Below, in pieces: positions 48,939 to 60,287 of a stretch of 64,000 bases of DNA. The stretch lies in the NCBI GenBank assembly GCA_001802125.1, contig MGZK01000130.1, positions 243-64,242 on the forward strand, given 5' to 3'. This DNA comes from Geobacteraceae bacterium GWC2_55_20 (GTDB lineage Bacteria > Desulfobacterota > Desulfuromonadia > Geobacterales > Pseudopelobacteraceae). The position numbers were made by a program, and so were the translations under genes. The notes under the pieces are model-generated. The model saw only the letters and a list, made by a program, of their open reading frames with translations, made no database searches and was not told the DNA's origin. Numbering within the stretch: position 1 is the stretch's first letter; every line of letters begins with the position of its first letter.

Positions 48939-49124
48939 CAGCTGGAAGGAAGTACAAATCTTCAAAAGGAGGCTTTACATCTTCTATGGAAGAAACTCCG
49001 CCAGGCTGCAAACCACAATAGAATACAACAATACTCCGGAGGTTGAATGCGCCGGAAAAGGCCTTGATAAGGTAATCAAGATTTATAGACAGCCGAAGCC
49101 CACCGAACAAATTTGGTGGGCTTT
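48939..49124 (+). ncRNA. Candidate small RNA, copy B (paralog of 34830-35009)
   Basis: TGnTATATT -10 at 48925-48933, conserved blocks, terminal hairpin AAGCCCACC...GGTGGGCTTT; ends approximate. Confidence 0.6.
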
Positions 49125-49185
49125 AATTTTTACAATGGATGCCATTCACAGTAAATGAAATGATCCTTAGACCTGGAGAGGCGAA

Positions 49186-50187
49186 GTGAATAATATATCA
49201 TTAATGATGGCCATGGTTCTTGAAAAAGCGGGTGAACCGCTCAGACCGAGGGAACTACCGATACCTTCGGCGGGTAGCGGAGAACTTTTGCTAAAAATCC
49301 AGGCCTGCGGCATCTGCCGTACGGACCTGCACGTTTTGGACGGTGAACTCACAGAACCGCGACTGCCGCTGATACCAGGACATCAGATAGTTGGACTGGT
49401 GGAAACTGCCGGCGAAGGCGTGAGCGGATTCAAGCCGGGAGAACTGGTTGGCGTACCGTGGCTGGGTGGAACGTGCGGAGAGTGCGACTACTGCCTGTCA
49501 GGCCGGGAGAACCTCTGCGACAAGGCGCTGTTCACCGGCTATCAACGCAACGGCGGTTTTGCCGAATACTGTACCGCCAATGCCGGATTCTGTTTCAACA
49601 TTCCAAGATCTTACCCGGCTACACAGGCGGCCCCCCTGCTCTGCGCCGGCCTGATCGGTTACCGTTCCCTGCGCATGACCGGAACTGGAAAACGGATCGG
49701 TATTTACGGTTTCGGCGCGGCTGCACACATCGTTACCCAGACGGCTCTCTGGGAGGGGCGCGAAATATATGCATTCACCCGTGAAGGAGACAGCGCCGGA
49801 CAACGCTTTGCGATGGAAATGGGGGCCTGCTGGGCAGGATCAGCATTGCACCAGCCACCGGTCGAGCTGGATGCGGCCATCATTTTCGCTCCGGCAGGAG
49901 AACTGGTTCCAGCGGCGCTGAAAGCGGTGCGCAAGGGAGGAATAGTGGTCTGCGGCGGCATTCACATGAGCCGGATTCCCGGTTTTCCGTATGAGCTGCT
50001 TTGGGGTGAACGCAGCATAGTTTCAGTAGCAAACCTGACCCGTCGCGATGGCGATGAATTCCTGGAACTGGCTCCGCGCATCCCGATCAGGACCGAAATC
50101 GAAGTTTTCCCATTACAGCAGGCCAACGAGGCGCTTAGCGCCCTTAGAAACGGCAAAATCAGGGGGGCCGGTGTTCTGGTGCCATAG
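49186..50187 (+). CDS. Zinc-dependent alcohol dehydrogenase family protein
   Basis: CGICRTDLH, PGHQ, CGECDYC...C, GIYGFGAA. Confidence 0.92.
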   Translation: MNNISLMMAMVLEKAGEPLRPRELPIPSAGSGELLLKIQACGICRTDLHVLDGELTEPRLPLIPGHQIVGLVETAGEGVSGFKPGELVGVPWLGGTCGECDYCLSGRENLCDKALFTGYQRNGGFAEYCTANAGFCFNIPRSYPATQAAPLLCAGLIGYRSLRMTGTGKRIGIYGFGAAAHIVTQTALWEGREIYAFTREGDSAGQRFAMEMGACWAGSALHQPPVELDAAIIFAPAGELVPAALKAVRKGGIVVCGGIHMSRIPGFPYELLWGERSIVSVANLTRRDGDEFLELAPRIPIRTEIEVFPLQQANEALSALRNGKIRGAGVLVP

Positions 50188-50220
50188 TAGCGGTGCATAC
50201 CAGACAACATCGAATCAAAA

Positions 50221-50329
50221 TGTAAACACAATAACTCGTCGGTTTTTTTTACAGTTTTCTTCACACAATTGAATTAACTTATATATTCTTTTGATTATAG
50301 ATACTTATACAACTGGCACATATAATGCT
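50221..50329 (+). promoter_or_regulatory. Sigma54 promoter and upstream activator motif of the PEP-CTERM gene
   Basis: TGGCACATATAATGCT at 50314-50329 (GG-N10-GC); TGTAAA at 50221; CGTCGGTTTTTTTTACA at 50237-50253. Confidence 0.7.
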
Positions 50330-50364
50330 TCTCCACTTACAAGTTCCAAGCACTATTAAAGGAG

Positions 50365-50970
50365 ATGCGCGCCATGAGATCCCATATCAATTCGTTATTG
50401 CTGGCTTTGTCAGCCGTACTGATGTTTTGCGGCAGCGGATACGCCACTGACTACGACTTTTCCGGGCATCTGCAGTATCACAATGACATTCTCCAATATT
50501 CATTCACCATCAATGGAACTAGTGACGTGACACTTTTCACTTCCTCATGGGATAATGGCAACTTTGACCCGATGATGGCACTCTGGAGCAGCAACGGCAA
50601 CAGGGTGACATTTCAGGATGATGGGCGCGCGGAAGGAACCATCAATGGCTACAGCTATGGGTTATGGGATTCATATTTAAGCACGTCGCTTTCCGCCGGG
50701 AGGTATATCGTAACTATTTCAACTTACTACAACATCCCGAACGGCACCAATCTTAGTGATGGGTTCGATTTTGACAGCAAGGCTCCGATTTTGGTTTCAG
50801 ATTGGCTACAAGAGCGAAATGGCGATACTAATGACTTCTACGAATTCCACATTCTGGGTGTGGAAACCGCCCAACCGACAACAACCCCGGTGCCAGAGCC
50901 AGCCACCATACTGCTGCTGGGCGCGGGCCTGGCCGGATTAGGATTGCTGCGGAGAAGATCAATGAAATAA
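50365..50970 (+). CDS. PEP-CTERM sorting-domain surface protein (FDP-motif type)
   Basis: Signal peptide, GNFDPMMALW, C-terminal VPEPATILLLGAGLAGLGLLRRR. Confidence 0.92.
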   Translation: MRAMRSHINSLLLALSAVLMFCGSGYATDYDFSGHLQYHNDILQYSFTINGTSDVTLFTSSWDNGNFDPMMALWSSNGNRVTFQDDGRAEGTINGYSYGLWDSYLSTSLSAGRYIVTISTYYNIPNGTNLSDGFDFDSKAPILVSDWLQERNGDTNDFYEFHILGVETAQPTTTPVPEPATILLLGAGLAGLGLLRRRSMK

Positions 50971-51219
50971 ACTCCGAACTCAAACCGGAGCACACAAACC
51001 AAACCGAGTGCCGCAAGATCTGATTTAATGATTTTGCGGCACTTTCTTGTTGTTCGCTGACACCTTGACACAGCAATACGCCATTGGGCGGATAATATTC
51101 TGTCGGAAGAATTAACACTTTTGGCATACCCGAACGGTGTATTCTCTTCAGCTGAATAGTTTGTTGTGGTAGCATGGCGACGTCTATTCATTTGAAACTT
51201 ATTATCCGGCTTGAAGGAC

Positions 51220-51717
51220 ATGACAATACCTAAAAAAAACCACCAATACTGGATGCAACGGGCATTAGCGGAGGCCCGCAAGGCGGAGGGAAAAGCCGAG
51301 GTGCCGATCGGCTGTGTTATTGTGCTGAATGGCAAGATCATTGCCCGCGGCCATAATCTGCGTGAATCATCGCAAGACCCGTCCGCCCACGCCGAACTGC
51401 TCGCCATCAGAAAAGCCGCCAGGAAACTTGGTTCCTGGCGGCTTCTGGACACGATTCTTTATGTGACCCTGGAACCATGCACCATGTGCATGGGGGCCAT
51501 AATACTTTCACGCATACCAACAGTCGTCTTCGGCTGCTTCGATCCAAAAGGCGGAGCGGCCGGGTCACTGTACGACCTGTCCAGTGACCCCCGCCTGAAT
51601 CACAGGGTAGAGCTGTTGCCGCGGATCCTGGAAAGCGAGTGTTCCGGCATGCTGAGCGACTTCTTTTCAAAACTCAGGAAGCGCAAACGCGCCGAAAGGC
51701 TCATTTCTGACCGGTAA
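51220..51717 (+). CDS. tadA: tRNA adenosine(34) deaminase
   Basis: EVPIG, HAE, TLEPCTMC, DPKGGA. Confidence 0.93.
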   Translation: MTIPKKNHQYWMQRALAEARKAEGKAEVPIGCVIVLNGKIIARGHNLRESSQDPSAHAELLAIRKAARKLGSWRLLDTILYVTLEPCTMCMGAIILSRIPTVVFGCFDPKGGAAGSLYDLSSDPRLNHRVELLPRILESECSGMLSDFFSKLRKRKRAERLISDR

Positions 51718-53080
51718 TCTTCTCGTACTCATCAGGGGTATTCACATTGCTGAACGAGCTCAGCGCACCGGCGATGGAGCTGAACTCCTCCTGCTGAACC
51801 AGCTTCGTATCCACGCTGTCCAGAACCTGCAGGATGCTTTTCTCCCCGTTTCCGATAACGCTCCGCATCACATCCAAAGCGGTTTTACGATATACCGCGT
51901 GCAACGGCTCACGCAGACCTTCACTGTTTAGCGGCACAACCGCGTCACAGTTGCCGGATGCATGACAGAGCAGCCTGATCAGGTCCGGACTTAGAAAAGG
52001 CATATCACAGGCCGACACAAAGATCCTCTCTGTATTGCTGGCTGCCAGCCCCGCCTCAAGTCCCGCTATGGAGCCGACACCGGGATGGATATCGGCAACT
52101 TTGCGGCAGGGAAGAAAGTTGTATGCTTCGGGAGTGTTGGTGACAACGATTACTTCGTGAAAAAGAGACGCCAGCGTGCGGTAGCTGCGTGCGATTATCG
52201 CGTTCCCGTCAACCTCCATCAGCGCCTTGTTCCTGCCCATGCGGCTTGACTCGCCTCCGGCCAGTATAACTCCGGTAACCCCTTCGATCTTGCCTGCGGA
52301 TGGAAATGGCTCGATCACTTCCGGGTGGCTGTAAACCGTGAAGGAACCGCCCCGCACGTAACCGACCAGGCAGATGCCAGCCTGCTCACAGAGTTTGACC
52401 GCCATATCCGTGGGCGAGGTTCGCGATGCGATCAGCTTGATCCCCATCAGCGACGCCTTGGCAACCATTTCAGTCGAAACCCGGCCGGAAGTCACCAGTT
52501 CGGCGCCGGCCATGTTGATACCCTTGAAGAGCGCTTCCCCGGCAATCCGGTCAAAAGTGTTGTGCCTCCCAAGGTCCTCGGCATACAGCATCATCCGTCC
52601 GGCGCGGCCGATGGCGGCCGAATGGATACCACCATGTGAGCGATAGTGTGCCGCCCTTCTGGCCAGCTCCTCCATCAATCCAAAAATCTGGGCCGGCAGC
52701 ACAGGCTGTCCGTCCCCCCGGGCAAAATGGGTGTCTGAACCCGCATCGGGCATGCTGAAGCTGATGCCGGTGCCGCAACCGGAGGTAAGAACCGGTTTAA
52801 GACGCTCCGGCAGCTCGCCCTTGATCCGGACATTGGCGCTGCCGAACTCTTCGCAGACGCTGAACATCTCAAAATCGGACAGGGCCGATACGAAACCCTG
52901 CAGGCGCAGGAAGCCCGCCACCAGAAAACGCAGGTCGTGGGGAGAACCGATCAGGGTGGCAATTTCACGGCCATTTACGATCAATTGGACCGGGTATTCA
53001 CTGACCACTCCGGCCGAAACCGGCTGCAGGCAATCGTCACGGTAACTGAAAAATGAATATTTAGTGGGTTCTGTAGTCAT
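51701..53080 (-). CDS. fdhD: FdhD sulfurtransferase fused to MobA guanylyltransferase
   Basis: SGCG, EDLGRHN..D, SGRVS.EM, then LAGGESSRMG.NKA, CDMP. Confidence 0.9.
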   Translation of the reverse strand: MTTEPTKYSFFSYRDDCLQPVSAGVVSEYPVQLIVNGREIATLIGSPHDLRFLVAGFLRLQGFVSALSDFEMFSVCEEFGSANVRIKGELPERLKPVLTSGCGTGISFSMPDAGSDTHFARGDGQPVLPAQIFGLMEELARRAAHYRSHGGIHSAAIGRAGRMMLYAEDLGRHNTFDRIAGEALFKGINMAGAELVTSGRVSTEMVAKASLMGIKLIASRTSPTDMAVKLCEQAGICLVGYVRGGSFTVYSHPEVIEPFPSAGKIEGVTGVILAGGESSRMGRNKALMEVDGNAIIARSYRTLASLFHEVIVVTNTPEAYNFLPCRKVADIHPGVGSIAGLEAGLAASNTERIFVSACDMPFLSPDLIRLLCHASGNCDAVVPLNSEGLREPLHAVYRKTALDVMRSVIGNGEKSILQVLDSVDTKLVQQEEFSSIAGALSSFSNVNTPDEYEKITGQK

Positions 53081-53106
53081 GGCTCACTCGCGTCCAGTTA
53101 ATATGA

Positions 53107-53139
53107 AAGGGGGAAGAACCACATGTGTTCTCCCCCCTT
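53107..53139 (-). terminator. Terminator after lysC
   Basis: AAGGGGG.AGAAC...GTTCT.CCCCCTT hairpin. Confidence 0.6.
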
Positions 53140-53164
53140 GTCAAACAATGCTATCTTTTAAGAA

Positions 53165-54379
53165 TCAGCCGGCCAGGCCGAAAGTCTCATGCATGACACG
53201 CACGGCCAGTTCAGTGTATTTTTCGTCGATTATAACCGAGATTTTGATCTCGGAAGTGGAAATCATCTGGATGTTAATTCCGTTCTTAGACAGCGCGGTG
53301 AACATCTGGGTCGCCACACCGGCGTGACTGCGCATGCCGAGTCCGACGATCGATATCTTGCTGATGTTTTCGTCGGAAATAACCTGCTTGGCCTGGACCT
53401 CCTTGGCGGACTCGTTTGTGATCAGAAGCGCCTGTTTCAAGTCGGCCTTGGTAACGGTAAAGGTGAAGTCGGTCAGGCCATCGCTGCTCACATTCTGAAC
53501 GATCATATCGACCGAAATGGCCGCATCCGAAAGCGGGGTAAGGATTTTTGCAGCGATACCCGGTTTGTCGGGTACACCCATCACGGCAATTTTGGCCTCA
53601 TTCTTGTCATACGCAACCCCTGAAACGAGAATTCCTTCCATTTCCTTATCCTCCCTGGTAACCATCGTACCGGTGTTTTCATTTAGACTGGAGCGGACAT
53701 GCACGTCCACATTGTATTTTTTGGCAAATTCGACCGAACGGATCTGAAGGACCTTGGCTCCCAGACTGGCCAATTCCAGCATCTCGTCGTAGGATATTTT
53801 TTCGATCTTGCGGGCTTCCTTGCAAATATTCGGATCGGTAGTGTAAACACCGTCAACGTCGGTATAAATCTCGCAAACATCGGCTTTCAATGCGGCGGCG
53901 ATGGCCACGGCAGAAGTATCGGAACCGCCGCGTCCCAGCGTGGTGACATTTCCGTGGGCATCAACCCCCTGGAAACCGGCCAGGATCACGATCGTGCCGT
54001 CCTTCAGATCGGCACGCATGTTGGCGTCATCGATGCTCTCGATTCGAGCCTTGGTTGCGGTGGAATCGGTAACAATCGGCACCTGCCATCCCTGGTATGA
54101 TTTGGCCTTATATCCCTGTGACTTGAGATACATGGCCAGCAGGCCGATCGTGACCTGCTCACCGGTGGCAACCAGAACGTCATATTCGCGACCGTCCGGA
54201 ATTTCACACATTTCATTGGCAAGCGCGACCAACTTGTTGGTCTCGCCGGACATGGCCGAGACAACAACAATAACGTCGTTTCCGGCATCGTATGTTTTGA
54301 TGATGCGTTTGGCGACATTTTTTATGCGATCGGTTGTGCCGACCGAAGTGCCGCCGTATTTCTGGACTACAAGCGCCAT
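53165..54379 (-). CDS. lysC: Aspartate kinase
   Basis: QKYGGTSV, GRGGSDTSA, two ACT domains. Confidence 0.95.
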   Translation of the reverse strand: MALVVQKYGGTSVGTTDRIKNVAKRIIKTYDAGNDVIVVVSAMSGETNKLVALANEMCEIPDGREYDVLVATGEQVTIGLLAMYLKSQGYKAKSYQGWQVPIVTDSTATKARIESIDDANMRADLKDGTIVILAGFQGVDAHGNVTTLGRGGSDTSAVAIAAALKADVCEIYTDVDGVYTTDPNICKEARKIEKISYDEMLELASLGAKVLQIRSVEFAKKYNVDVHVRSSLNENTGTMVTREDKEMEGILVSGVAYDKNEAKIAVMGVPDKPGIAAKILTPLSDAAISVDMIVQNVSSDGLTDFTFTVTKADLKQALLITNESAKEVQAKQVISDENISKISIVGLGMRSHAGVATQMFTALSKNGINIQMISTSEIKISVIIDEKYTELAVRVMHETFGLAG

Positions 54380-54455
54380 ACTATCCTCCCTGATTATAAT
54401 TGCCTTAAAAAGTAAATATCGGGTTTTGCTCTATAGCAGATATGCTACTATCAGG

Positions 54456-54947
54456 TCAAAGAAAATTTTCCTTTAATCGTTCTACGGACAATTGTTCAAG
54501 AATATCCGCCGAGACAGGACCGTTTGCGGTTATGGTAATCAAGCGCCGGTCGTCTTCGAGATAGTCGAATTCGACAACCAGATGATCGGCCGGCAAGAGA
54601 TTGTTCAACCGCTCGGACCATTCCACAACACAGACCCCCTTGCCATGGAAGTATTCTTCAAAGCCGAGTTCAACAATATCATCATCACCGCTCAGCCGGT
54701 AAAAATCAAAATGATGGACCGGCACTTGGCCGGGATAGCTGTTCATGATTGCAAAGGTCGGGCTGGCTACCATATGAGCGCTGACCGGCGATACAGCAGA
54801 AACCACGCCACGGGTGAAGCAGGTCTTGCCCCCTCCCAGCCCACCCCGAAGCGCCAGAAAGGAACCGGGCTTGAGTATCAAGCCCAACCGGTATCCCAAC
54901 CGTTCGGTCTCCAACGGAGAGCATGAAACTATCCGCCTTCCGGGCAC
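54456..54947 (-). CDS. tsaE: t6A biosynthesis ATPase
   Basis: GGLGGGKT, SPTF, HFDFYRL, VEW. Confidence 0.92.
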   Translation of the reverse strand: MPGRRIVSCSPLETERLGYRLGLILKPGSFLALRGGLGGGKTCFTRGVVSAVSPVSAHMVASPTFAIMNSYPGQVPVHHFDFYRLSGDDDIVELGFEEYFHGKGVCVVEWSERLNNLLPADHLVVEFDYLEDDRRLITITANGPVSADILEQLSVERLKENFL

Positions 54948-55396
54948 TAGCGGTTCATGGAGCGGATGATGTCGATGCGCGAAACCATGCCGACAACTCT
55001 TTTCCCGTCCACAACCGGGAGCGCATGCAGTTTATGGCTGCTCATCAAATCGGCCGCCTTGCTGACCGGTTCACTTGGCGAGATCGTGACAACATCCTTT
55101 GAAGCCAGTTCGGCTGCGGTCTGGGCGGTAATTTTTCTCAGATCCCGCTCCAGGCTCTGTTCGCTTTCAAGCGGTATTACCCAGTCAAAAAGCGAAATGA
55201 CGGTCGGAATATGCAATGGACGCCCCTGCTCGATCAGATCCGAGGCGGTGACGATACCGGAAAGGTTGCCCTGATCGTCCAGCACCGGTAGGCTGCCGAA
55301 GCCCATCTTGTCGAATATTTCCGCCATCTCGCGCACCGTGGTGGTTCCTTTTACACTTACAACCTCTTTTGTCATTATATCCGCAACGGTTTGCAT
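54947..55396 (-). CDS. CBS domain pair protein
   Basis: VADIMT, LPVLD, LPVVD...SRIDII; GGAG RBS. Confidence 0.9.
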   Translation of the reverse strand: MQTVADIMTKEVVSVKGTTTVREMAEIFDKMGFGSLPVLDDQGNLSGIVTASDLIEQGRPLHIPTVISLFDWVIPLESEQSLERDLRKITAQTAAELASKDVVTISPSEPVSKAADLMSSHKLHALPVVDGKRVVGMVSRIDIIRSMNR

Positions 55397-55412
55397 GGTA
55401 ATTCTCCTTTGT

Positions 55413-56993
55413 TCAGAACTCGCCAAACATTCTCAGGTTGGTCAGCAGTGTGTTTTTAAGCAGCTTGTTATAGGCAAAGGGCAGTTTTTCCTGAACATCC
55501 GTGGCATTGATGCCGATCTCGCCCTTGTCATCAGCCACCAGGTCCGCCGAATAGCCGTGGATGAACACTCCCAGCCGGCAGGCATCCCAGGATGAGTATC
55601 CCTGTCCCAAAAGCGAAACGATTATTCCGGTAAGGACATCTCCCATGCCGCCGGTAGCCATTCCCGGATTACCGCTGCCGTTGATGGCCGCAATTCCGTC
55701 GGGCGATGCTATGATGGTTCTGGCCCCCTTCAGCACCAGGTAGACGCCGTAGTCACGGGCAAATTCCTGAGCCACCGAGATGCGGATCGCATCCACATCC
55801 GGTATTGAAGTCCCCAACAGGCGCGACATTTCACCCGGATGAGGAGTTAATACCACATTTCGGGATTTTTTTCGACGCAGTACGCTCATATCCTCCGCCA
55901 GGGCGTTCAGACCGTCAGCATCAATCACCAACGGCAGATTTATGGCCTCCACCAGTGTCTGTACCAGGGCGACCGTGCCGGGACGGCGGTCAAGCCCGGG
56001 GCCGATAGCCACGGCGTCCTTACCCGGCAACAGTTTTTCAATGACCGGAAAGGCACTGCTGGAGAGATGGCCGCTACCGGCATCGGCAAGCGGAACCGTC
56101 ATCGCTTCGGTCGTCTTTACTTCCAGAATACTGTTGAGGCTTTCTGCAATTGCCAGCGTCACCAGTCCTGACCCGGCCCGCACCGCACTGTTGGCAGAAA
56201 GCGCCGCCGCCCCGGTTTTTCCGGTGGAGCCGGCAATAATCAGGCAATGGCCGAATACTCCTTTATGGGCCTGACGATCTCGCCGGTAAAGCATCGGGCG
56301 GATTGTTTCCTCATTCAGAAATTCATAACCTGAAGCTGACTCGATTAGTTTCTGCGGAACACCGATATCGACGACCACCAAACGTCCGGTATGTTCGGCT
56401 CCGGGATACAAAACGTGCCCCAACTTGGCAAACGCAAAGGTCACCGTGATATAGGCCCGTATGGCGGCTCCCAGCACGCGACCGGTTGTACCATGGATTC
56501 CCGAAGGTATATCGACGGAAAGTACCGGACGTCCGGAGGCATTGATCAATTCAATAGCTTCCAGATATATGCCGCTGACATCGCTACGCAGTCCGGTGCC
56601 CAGCAGCGCGTCAATTACCACGTCGGCCTGGAAGATATCATCCATATGTAATGCCTGGAGCTGACCTTCGTGGATACAGAAGTTGGTCAACTCAGCTGGT
56701 ATTTTATCCAGATTAACCGCCGCATCACCACCGATCTGCTCACGTTCCGCCAGGATGATGACCTTGATGTTCCACCCCTTCTGACTCAGCAGACGGGCGA
56801 TCACATATCCATCACCGCCATTGTTTCCCTTCCCGGACATGATCACGGCCCGGCCTTTCAGGCCGAACTCCGCAATGACCTCGTCAACGCAGCCGCGCCC
56901 GGCTTTCTCCATCAATTCAAGGCCGGGGATTCCGAACTCCTCGATGGCCCTTCTGTCGGTTTCCTGCATGGTATGTGCGGTTACGACTCTCAT
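55413..56993 (-). CDS. nnr: Bifunctional NAD(P)HX epimerase/dehydratase
   Basis: GNNGGDG, DIPSG, DADGLN, TPHPGE, GGMGDVL. Confidence 0.93.
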   Translation of the reverse strand: MRVVTAHTMQETDRRAIEEFGIPGLELMEKAGRGCVDEVIAEFGLKGRAVIMSGKGNNGGDGYVIARLLSQKGWNIKVIILAEREQIGGDAAVNLDKIPAELTNFCIHEGQLQALHMDDIFQADVVIDALLGTGLRSDVSGIYLEAIELINASGRPVLSVDIPSGIHGTTGRVLGAAIRAYITVTFAFAKLGHVLYPGAEHTGRLVVVDIGVPQKLIESASGYEFLNEETIRPMLYRRDRQAHKGVFGHCLIIAGSTGKTGAAALSANSAVRAGSGLVTLAIAESLNSILEVKTTEAMTVPLADAGSGHLSSSAFPVIEKLLPGKDAVAIGPGLDRRPGTVALVQTLVEAINLPLVIDADGLNALAEDMSVLRRKKSRNVVLTPHPGEMSRLLGTSIPDVDAIRISVAQEFARDYGVYLVLKGARTIIASPDGIAAINGSGNPGMATGGMGDVLTGIIVSLLGQGYSSWDACRLGVFIHGYSADLVADDKGEIGINATDVQEKLPFAYNKLLKNTLLTNLRMFGEF

Positions 56994-57370
56994 AAAACCT
57001 CCAGAACAACCATTGCAACGGCATGTCCGCCGTCATGAGACATGGAAAGCAGTGCATTGCGCAAACCACGCGCCTGATACAATTCTGCAGCCCTGCCGGA
57101 CAGGGTCAGTTCCGGCTTGCCGAGCTTATCATTGACGACTTCAATGTCATGCCATGAAATCCCGTCACGAAGCCCTGTCCCCAATGCCTTCAAAAAGGCC
57201 TCCTTGGCAGCGAAGCGAGCGGCAAAACAGGATGCGGCGTCTTTGCGATTGCGGCAGGTTGACAGTTCCGCTGACGTGAAGAGCCTTTCCAGCAGCGCGT
57301 TGTTACCTTGATCCAGAAAACGCTGAAACCGGTCCGTGGCGGCAATATCAACACCAATCCCATGAATCAT
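56990..57370 (-). CDS. acpS: Holo-ACP synthase
   Basis: GIGVDI, FAAKEA, SMSHD. Confidence 0.94.
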   Translation of the reverse strand: MIHGIGVDIAATDRFQRFLDQGNNALLERLFTSAELSTCRNRKDAASCFAARFAAKEAFLKALGTGLRDGISWHDIEVVNDKLGKPELTLSGRAAELYQARGLRNALLSMSHDGGHAVAMVVLEVL

Positions 57371-58086
57371 GCGTATTTGATCAACTCCACCATGTCGCGC
57401 ACTGCACGATCCAGTCCCACCAGCATGGCGCGGGCAATAATCGAGTGCCCGATGTTATACTCTTCGATACCGCCCAATGCCGCCAGCGCCTTGACATTGA
57501 CATAGTTCAGTCCGTGGCCGGCATTGACCCCCAAACCCACCTTGCGGGCCAGCTTTATAGCGGTGTCGATATTATCCAGCTCCCGTTTCCGGTCATCCCA
57601 GAGTTGCGCCTCGGCATAGGCTCCGGTGTGAATCTCGATGTAATCGGTGCCGGTCTTGTTGGCGGCCTTGATCTGTTCCTGGTTCGGATCGACAAACAGG
57701 CTGACGGTAATGCCGCCGTCCTTGAGGCGTTTGACGGTATCAGCGATCTGCTTGGCATTGATGATCACATCCAGACCGCCTTCGGTGGTCAGTTCCTGGC
57801 GCTTTTCAGGCACCAGAGTAACCTGTTCCGGTTTTATGCGGAGCGCAATACGCACCATCTCCTGGGTAGCGGCCATTTCCAGGTTAAGCTTGGTCTTGAC
57901 CGTCTGGCGCAGTATTTCCAGATCGCGGTCCTGGATATGCCGGCGGTCTTCACGCAAATGGATCGTGATCCCCTCTGCGCCGGCCAGCTCACCCAGGGCG
58001 GCGGCGGTAACCGGATCAGGCTCGTTTCCGCCCCTGGCCTGCCGGACAGTGGCTATATGATCAACGTTGAGTCCCAATTTCGCCAT
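57367..58086 (-). CDS. pdxJ: Pyridoxine 5'-phosphate synthase
   Basis: [27 protein letters not shown]. Confidence 0.96.
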   Translation of the reverse strand: MAKLGLNVDHIATVRQARGGNEPDPVTAAALGELAGAEGITIHLREDRRHIQDRDLEILRQTVKTKLNLEMAATQEMVRIALRIKPEQVTLVPEKRQELTTEGGLDVIINAKQIADTVKRLKDGGITVSLFVDPNQEQIKAANKTGTDYIEIHTGAYAEAQLWDDRKRELDNIDTAIKLARKVGLGVNAGHGLNYVNVKALAALGGIEEYNIGHSIIARAMLVGLDRAVRDMVELIKYA

Positions 58087-58088
58087 TG

Positions 58089-59447
58089 CTATTTCTCTCC
58101 GATATGTTTCTTGACCAGCTCGCAGATCTCGTTGGCCCAGGTGGTGATCTCGTACTTGTCCTGACCCTCGATCATGACCCGCAACAACGGTTCCGTGCCG
58201 GAATAGCGGATCAATACCCGCCCCTCGTTACCCAGCTTCTGCTCGACATCGCCGATTTTGGCGGCCACATCACTGAATGTGAGGATATCGCGCTTTTCGC
58301 TGACCCTGGCGTTGCACAGCACCTGTGGTAGCGGAATCATGATCTCGGCCAGCTCCGAAAGCGGCTTACCCTCGCGACGCATGACCGCCAGCAGTTTCAG
58401 GGCCGATAGAATACCGTCGCCGGTGGTGCTGTAATCCAGAAAAATCATGTGGCCCGACTGCTCGCCACCCAGATTATAGCCCCCCTTACGCATCGCCTCA
58501 ACCACATAGCGATCGCCGACATCGGTTTTGACGATCTTGCCGCCAGACTTGCGAAGCGCGATATCCAACCCCATGTTGCTCATGACCGTGGCCACCAGGG
58601 TCTTCTTCTTGAGCAGCTTGCGCTTGAGCATATCACTGGCGCAGATGGCCATGATATGGTCGCCGTCCACCTCGTTGCCGAATTCATCGCAAACAATGAC
58701 CCGGTCGGCGTCCCCGTCCAGCGCGATGCCTATGTCGGCGCGATGAAGCTTTACCGCATCACTGATCACCGATGGGCAGGTTGAACCGCATTCGGCGTTG
58801 ATGTTGGTTCCGTTCGGCTTGACGCCCAGCGCGATTACCTCGGCGCCCAGCTCCTCGAAAACGGCCGGCGCGACCTTGTAGGCGGCGCCGTTGGCGCAGT
58901 CCAACACAATTTTAAGCCCGGAGAGGTCCATCTCGGGCGGGAAGGTATTTTTAAGGAACACTATGTAACGCCCGGCGGCATCGTCCAGGCGAAAAGCTTT
59001 TCCGACTTCGGTCGCGGTCGGACGCAGCGCGTCGATTTTATTGGTTTCGATCAGCTTCTCTATTTTCAGCTCCACCGCATCGGGCAGTTTGAAGCCGTCG
59101 GCGGAAAAGAACTTGATGCCGTTATCCTGAAAGGCATTGTGTGAAGCGGATATAACCACACCGGCGTCGGCCCGCATGGATGAGGTGATGTTTGCAATGC
59201 CGGGAGTCGGCAGCGGACCTACCAGCAACACATCGACCCCCATCGAACAGATGCCGGCTACTAATGCGTTTTCAAGCATATATCCTGAAAGACGGGTATC
59301 CTTGCCGATTACTATGCGGTGGCGGCGTTTGCTGGAGCTTTTGAAAATATAGGCGGCGGCTCGACCGAGCTGCATCGCTATCTCGGTCGTCATGGGATAT
59401 ACATTGGCGACACCGCGAACGCCGTCGGTTCCGAACAGTTTTTTCAT
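58089..59447 (-). CDS. glmM: Phosphoglucosamine mutase
   Basis: [31 protein letters not shown]. Confidence 0.96.
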   Translation of the reverse strand: MKKLFGTDGVRGVANVYPMTTEIAMQLGRAAAYIFKSSSKRRHRIVIGKDTRLSGYMLENALVAGICSMGVDVLLVGPLPTPGIANITSSMRADAGVVISASHNAFQDNGIKFFSADGFKLPDAVELKIEKLIETNKIDALRPTATEVGKAFRLDDAAGRYIVFLKNTFPPEMDLSGLKIVLDCANGAAYKVAPAVFEELGAEVIALGVKPNGTNINAECGSTCPSVISDAVKLHRADIGIALDGDADRVIVCDEFGNEVDGDHIMAICASDMLKRKLLKKKTLVATVMSNMGLDIALRKSGGKIVKTDVGDRYVVEAMRKGGYNLGGEQSGHMIFLDYSTTGDGILSALKLLAVMRREGKPLSELAEIMIPLPQVLCNARVSEKRDILTFSDVAAKIGDVEQKLGNEGRVLIRYSGTEPLLRVMIEGQDKYEITTWANEICELVKKHIGEK

Positions 59448-59471
59448 GATTGTTTCTCTCCTGATGACTAA

Positions 59472-60257
59472 TTAATCTGCAGTGGCCTGTGCCCTTGGAA
59501 CACGTTTCCCTTCGACCGCCTTGCGGGAAAGCCGGCGGATTTCGGCCGGGTCGGCATCATAGGTAATTTTCCCATCGTGAACGATGGATATCTTTCCGGT
59601 CTCTTCCGATACCACCAGCACCAGCACGTCGGTCTGTTCCGAAATTCCCAGCGCCGCCCGGTGGCGCGTACCGAAACTCTTGGCTATATCCGGATTCTGG
59701 GTCAACGGCAGAAAGCAGCCGGCCCTGGTGATCTTGTCCCTCTGGATGATTACGGCGCCGTCATGGATGGGAGAATATGGAAGAAAGATAGAATTCAGGA
59801 GTTCGCTGGTCACCTTGGCATCGATTTCCGTTCCAACCTGGATCATGTGGTCGATCGACATCTGGCGTATGATCACGATCAGTGCTCCGATCCGGCGTTC
59901 TGCCAGCTCATGCAATCCCTTGGACAACTCGTCCACCGTCGCGGAAAGGTCAGAATTCGTACCGTCATCCGGCTTGTGACGCTTCCAGAACGAAAAGAGC
60001 GCCCGCTTGATGTCGCTCTGGAATATGACGGCCAGTATAACCGGCGATGAATACAGCAGATTCTTCAAAAACGCGGCGGTCGAGGCAAGACCGATGCTTT
60101 CGGCAACGGACTCGCCGATAAAGAGAACCGAGAGAACCGCCAGAAGCCGAAGCGCGGCCTCTTTTCTCAGCATAATTGCACAACAGCAGATCAGACCGGC
60201 CACAAAAAGCTTGTCAAAGAAATTGATCAGGGTGAGGCTGTCGGAGGATGGAGCCAT
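59472..60257 (-). CDS. cdaA: Membrane diadenylate cyclase (CdaA/DacA)
   Basis: Three TM segments; HDGA, GTRHRAA, VSEETG. Confidence 0.88.
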   Translation of the reverse strand: MAPSSDSLTLINFFDKLFVAGLICCCAIMLRKEAALRLLAVLSVLFIGESVAESIGLASTAAFLKNLLYSSPVILAVIFQSDIKRALFSFWKRHKPDDGTNSDLSATVDELSKGLHELAERRIGALIVIIRQMSIDHMIQVGTEIDAKVTSELLNSIFLPYSPIHDGAVIIQRDKITRAGCFLPLTQNPDIAKSFGTRHRAALGISEQTDVLVLVVSEETGKISIVHDGKITYDADPAEIRRLSRKAVEGKRVPRAQATAD

Positions 60258-60287
60258 GGTTCCCCATTCGGAGTGGAGTGTGGCATT

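Noticed and set aside
50828..51175. 115-aa minus-strand ORF between the PEP-CTERM gene and tadA
   Set aside because: Overlaps the PEP-CTERM 3' end; no RBS or family signal.
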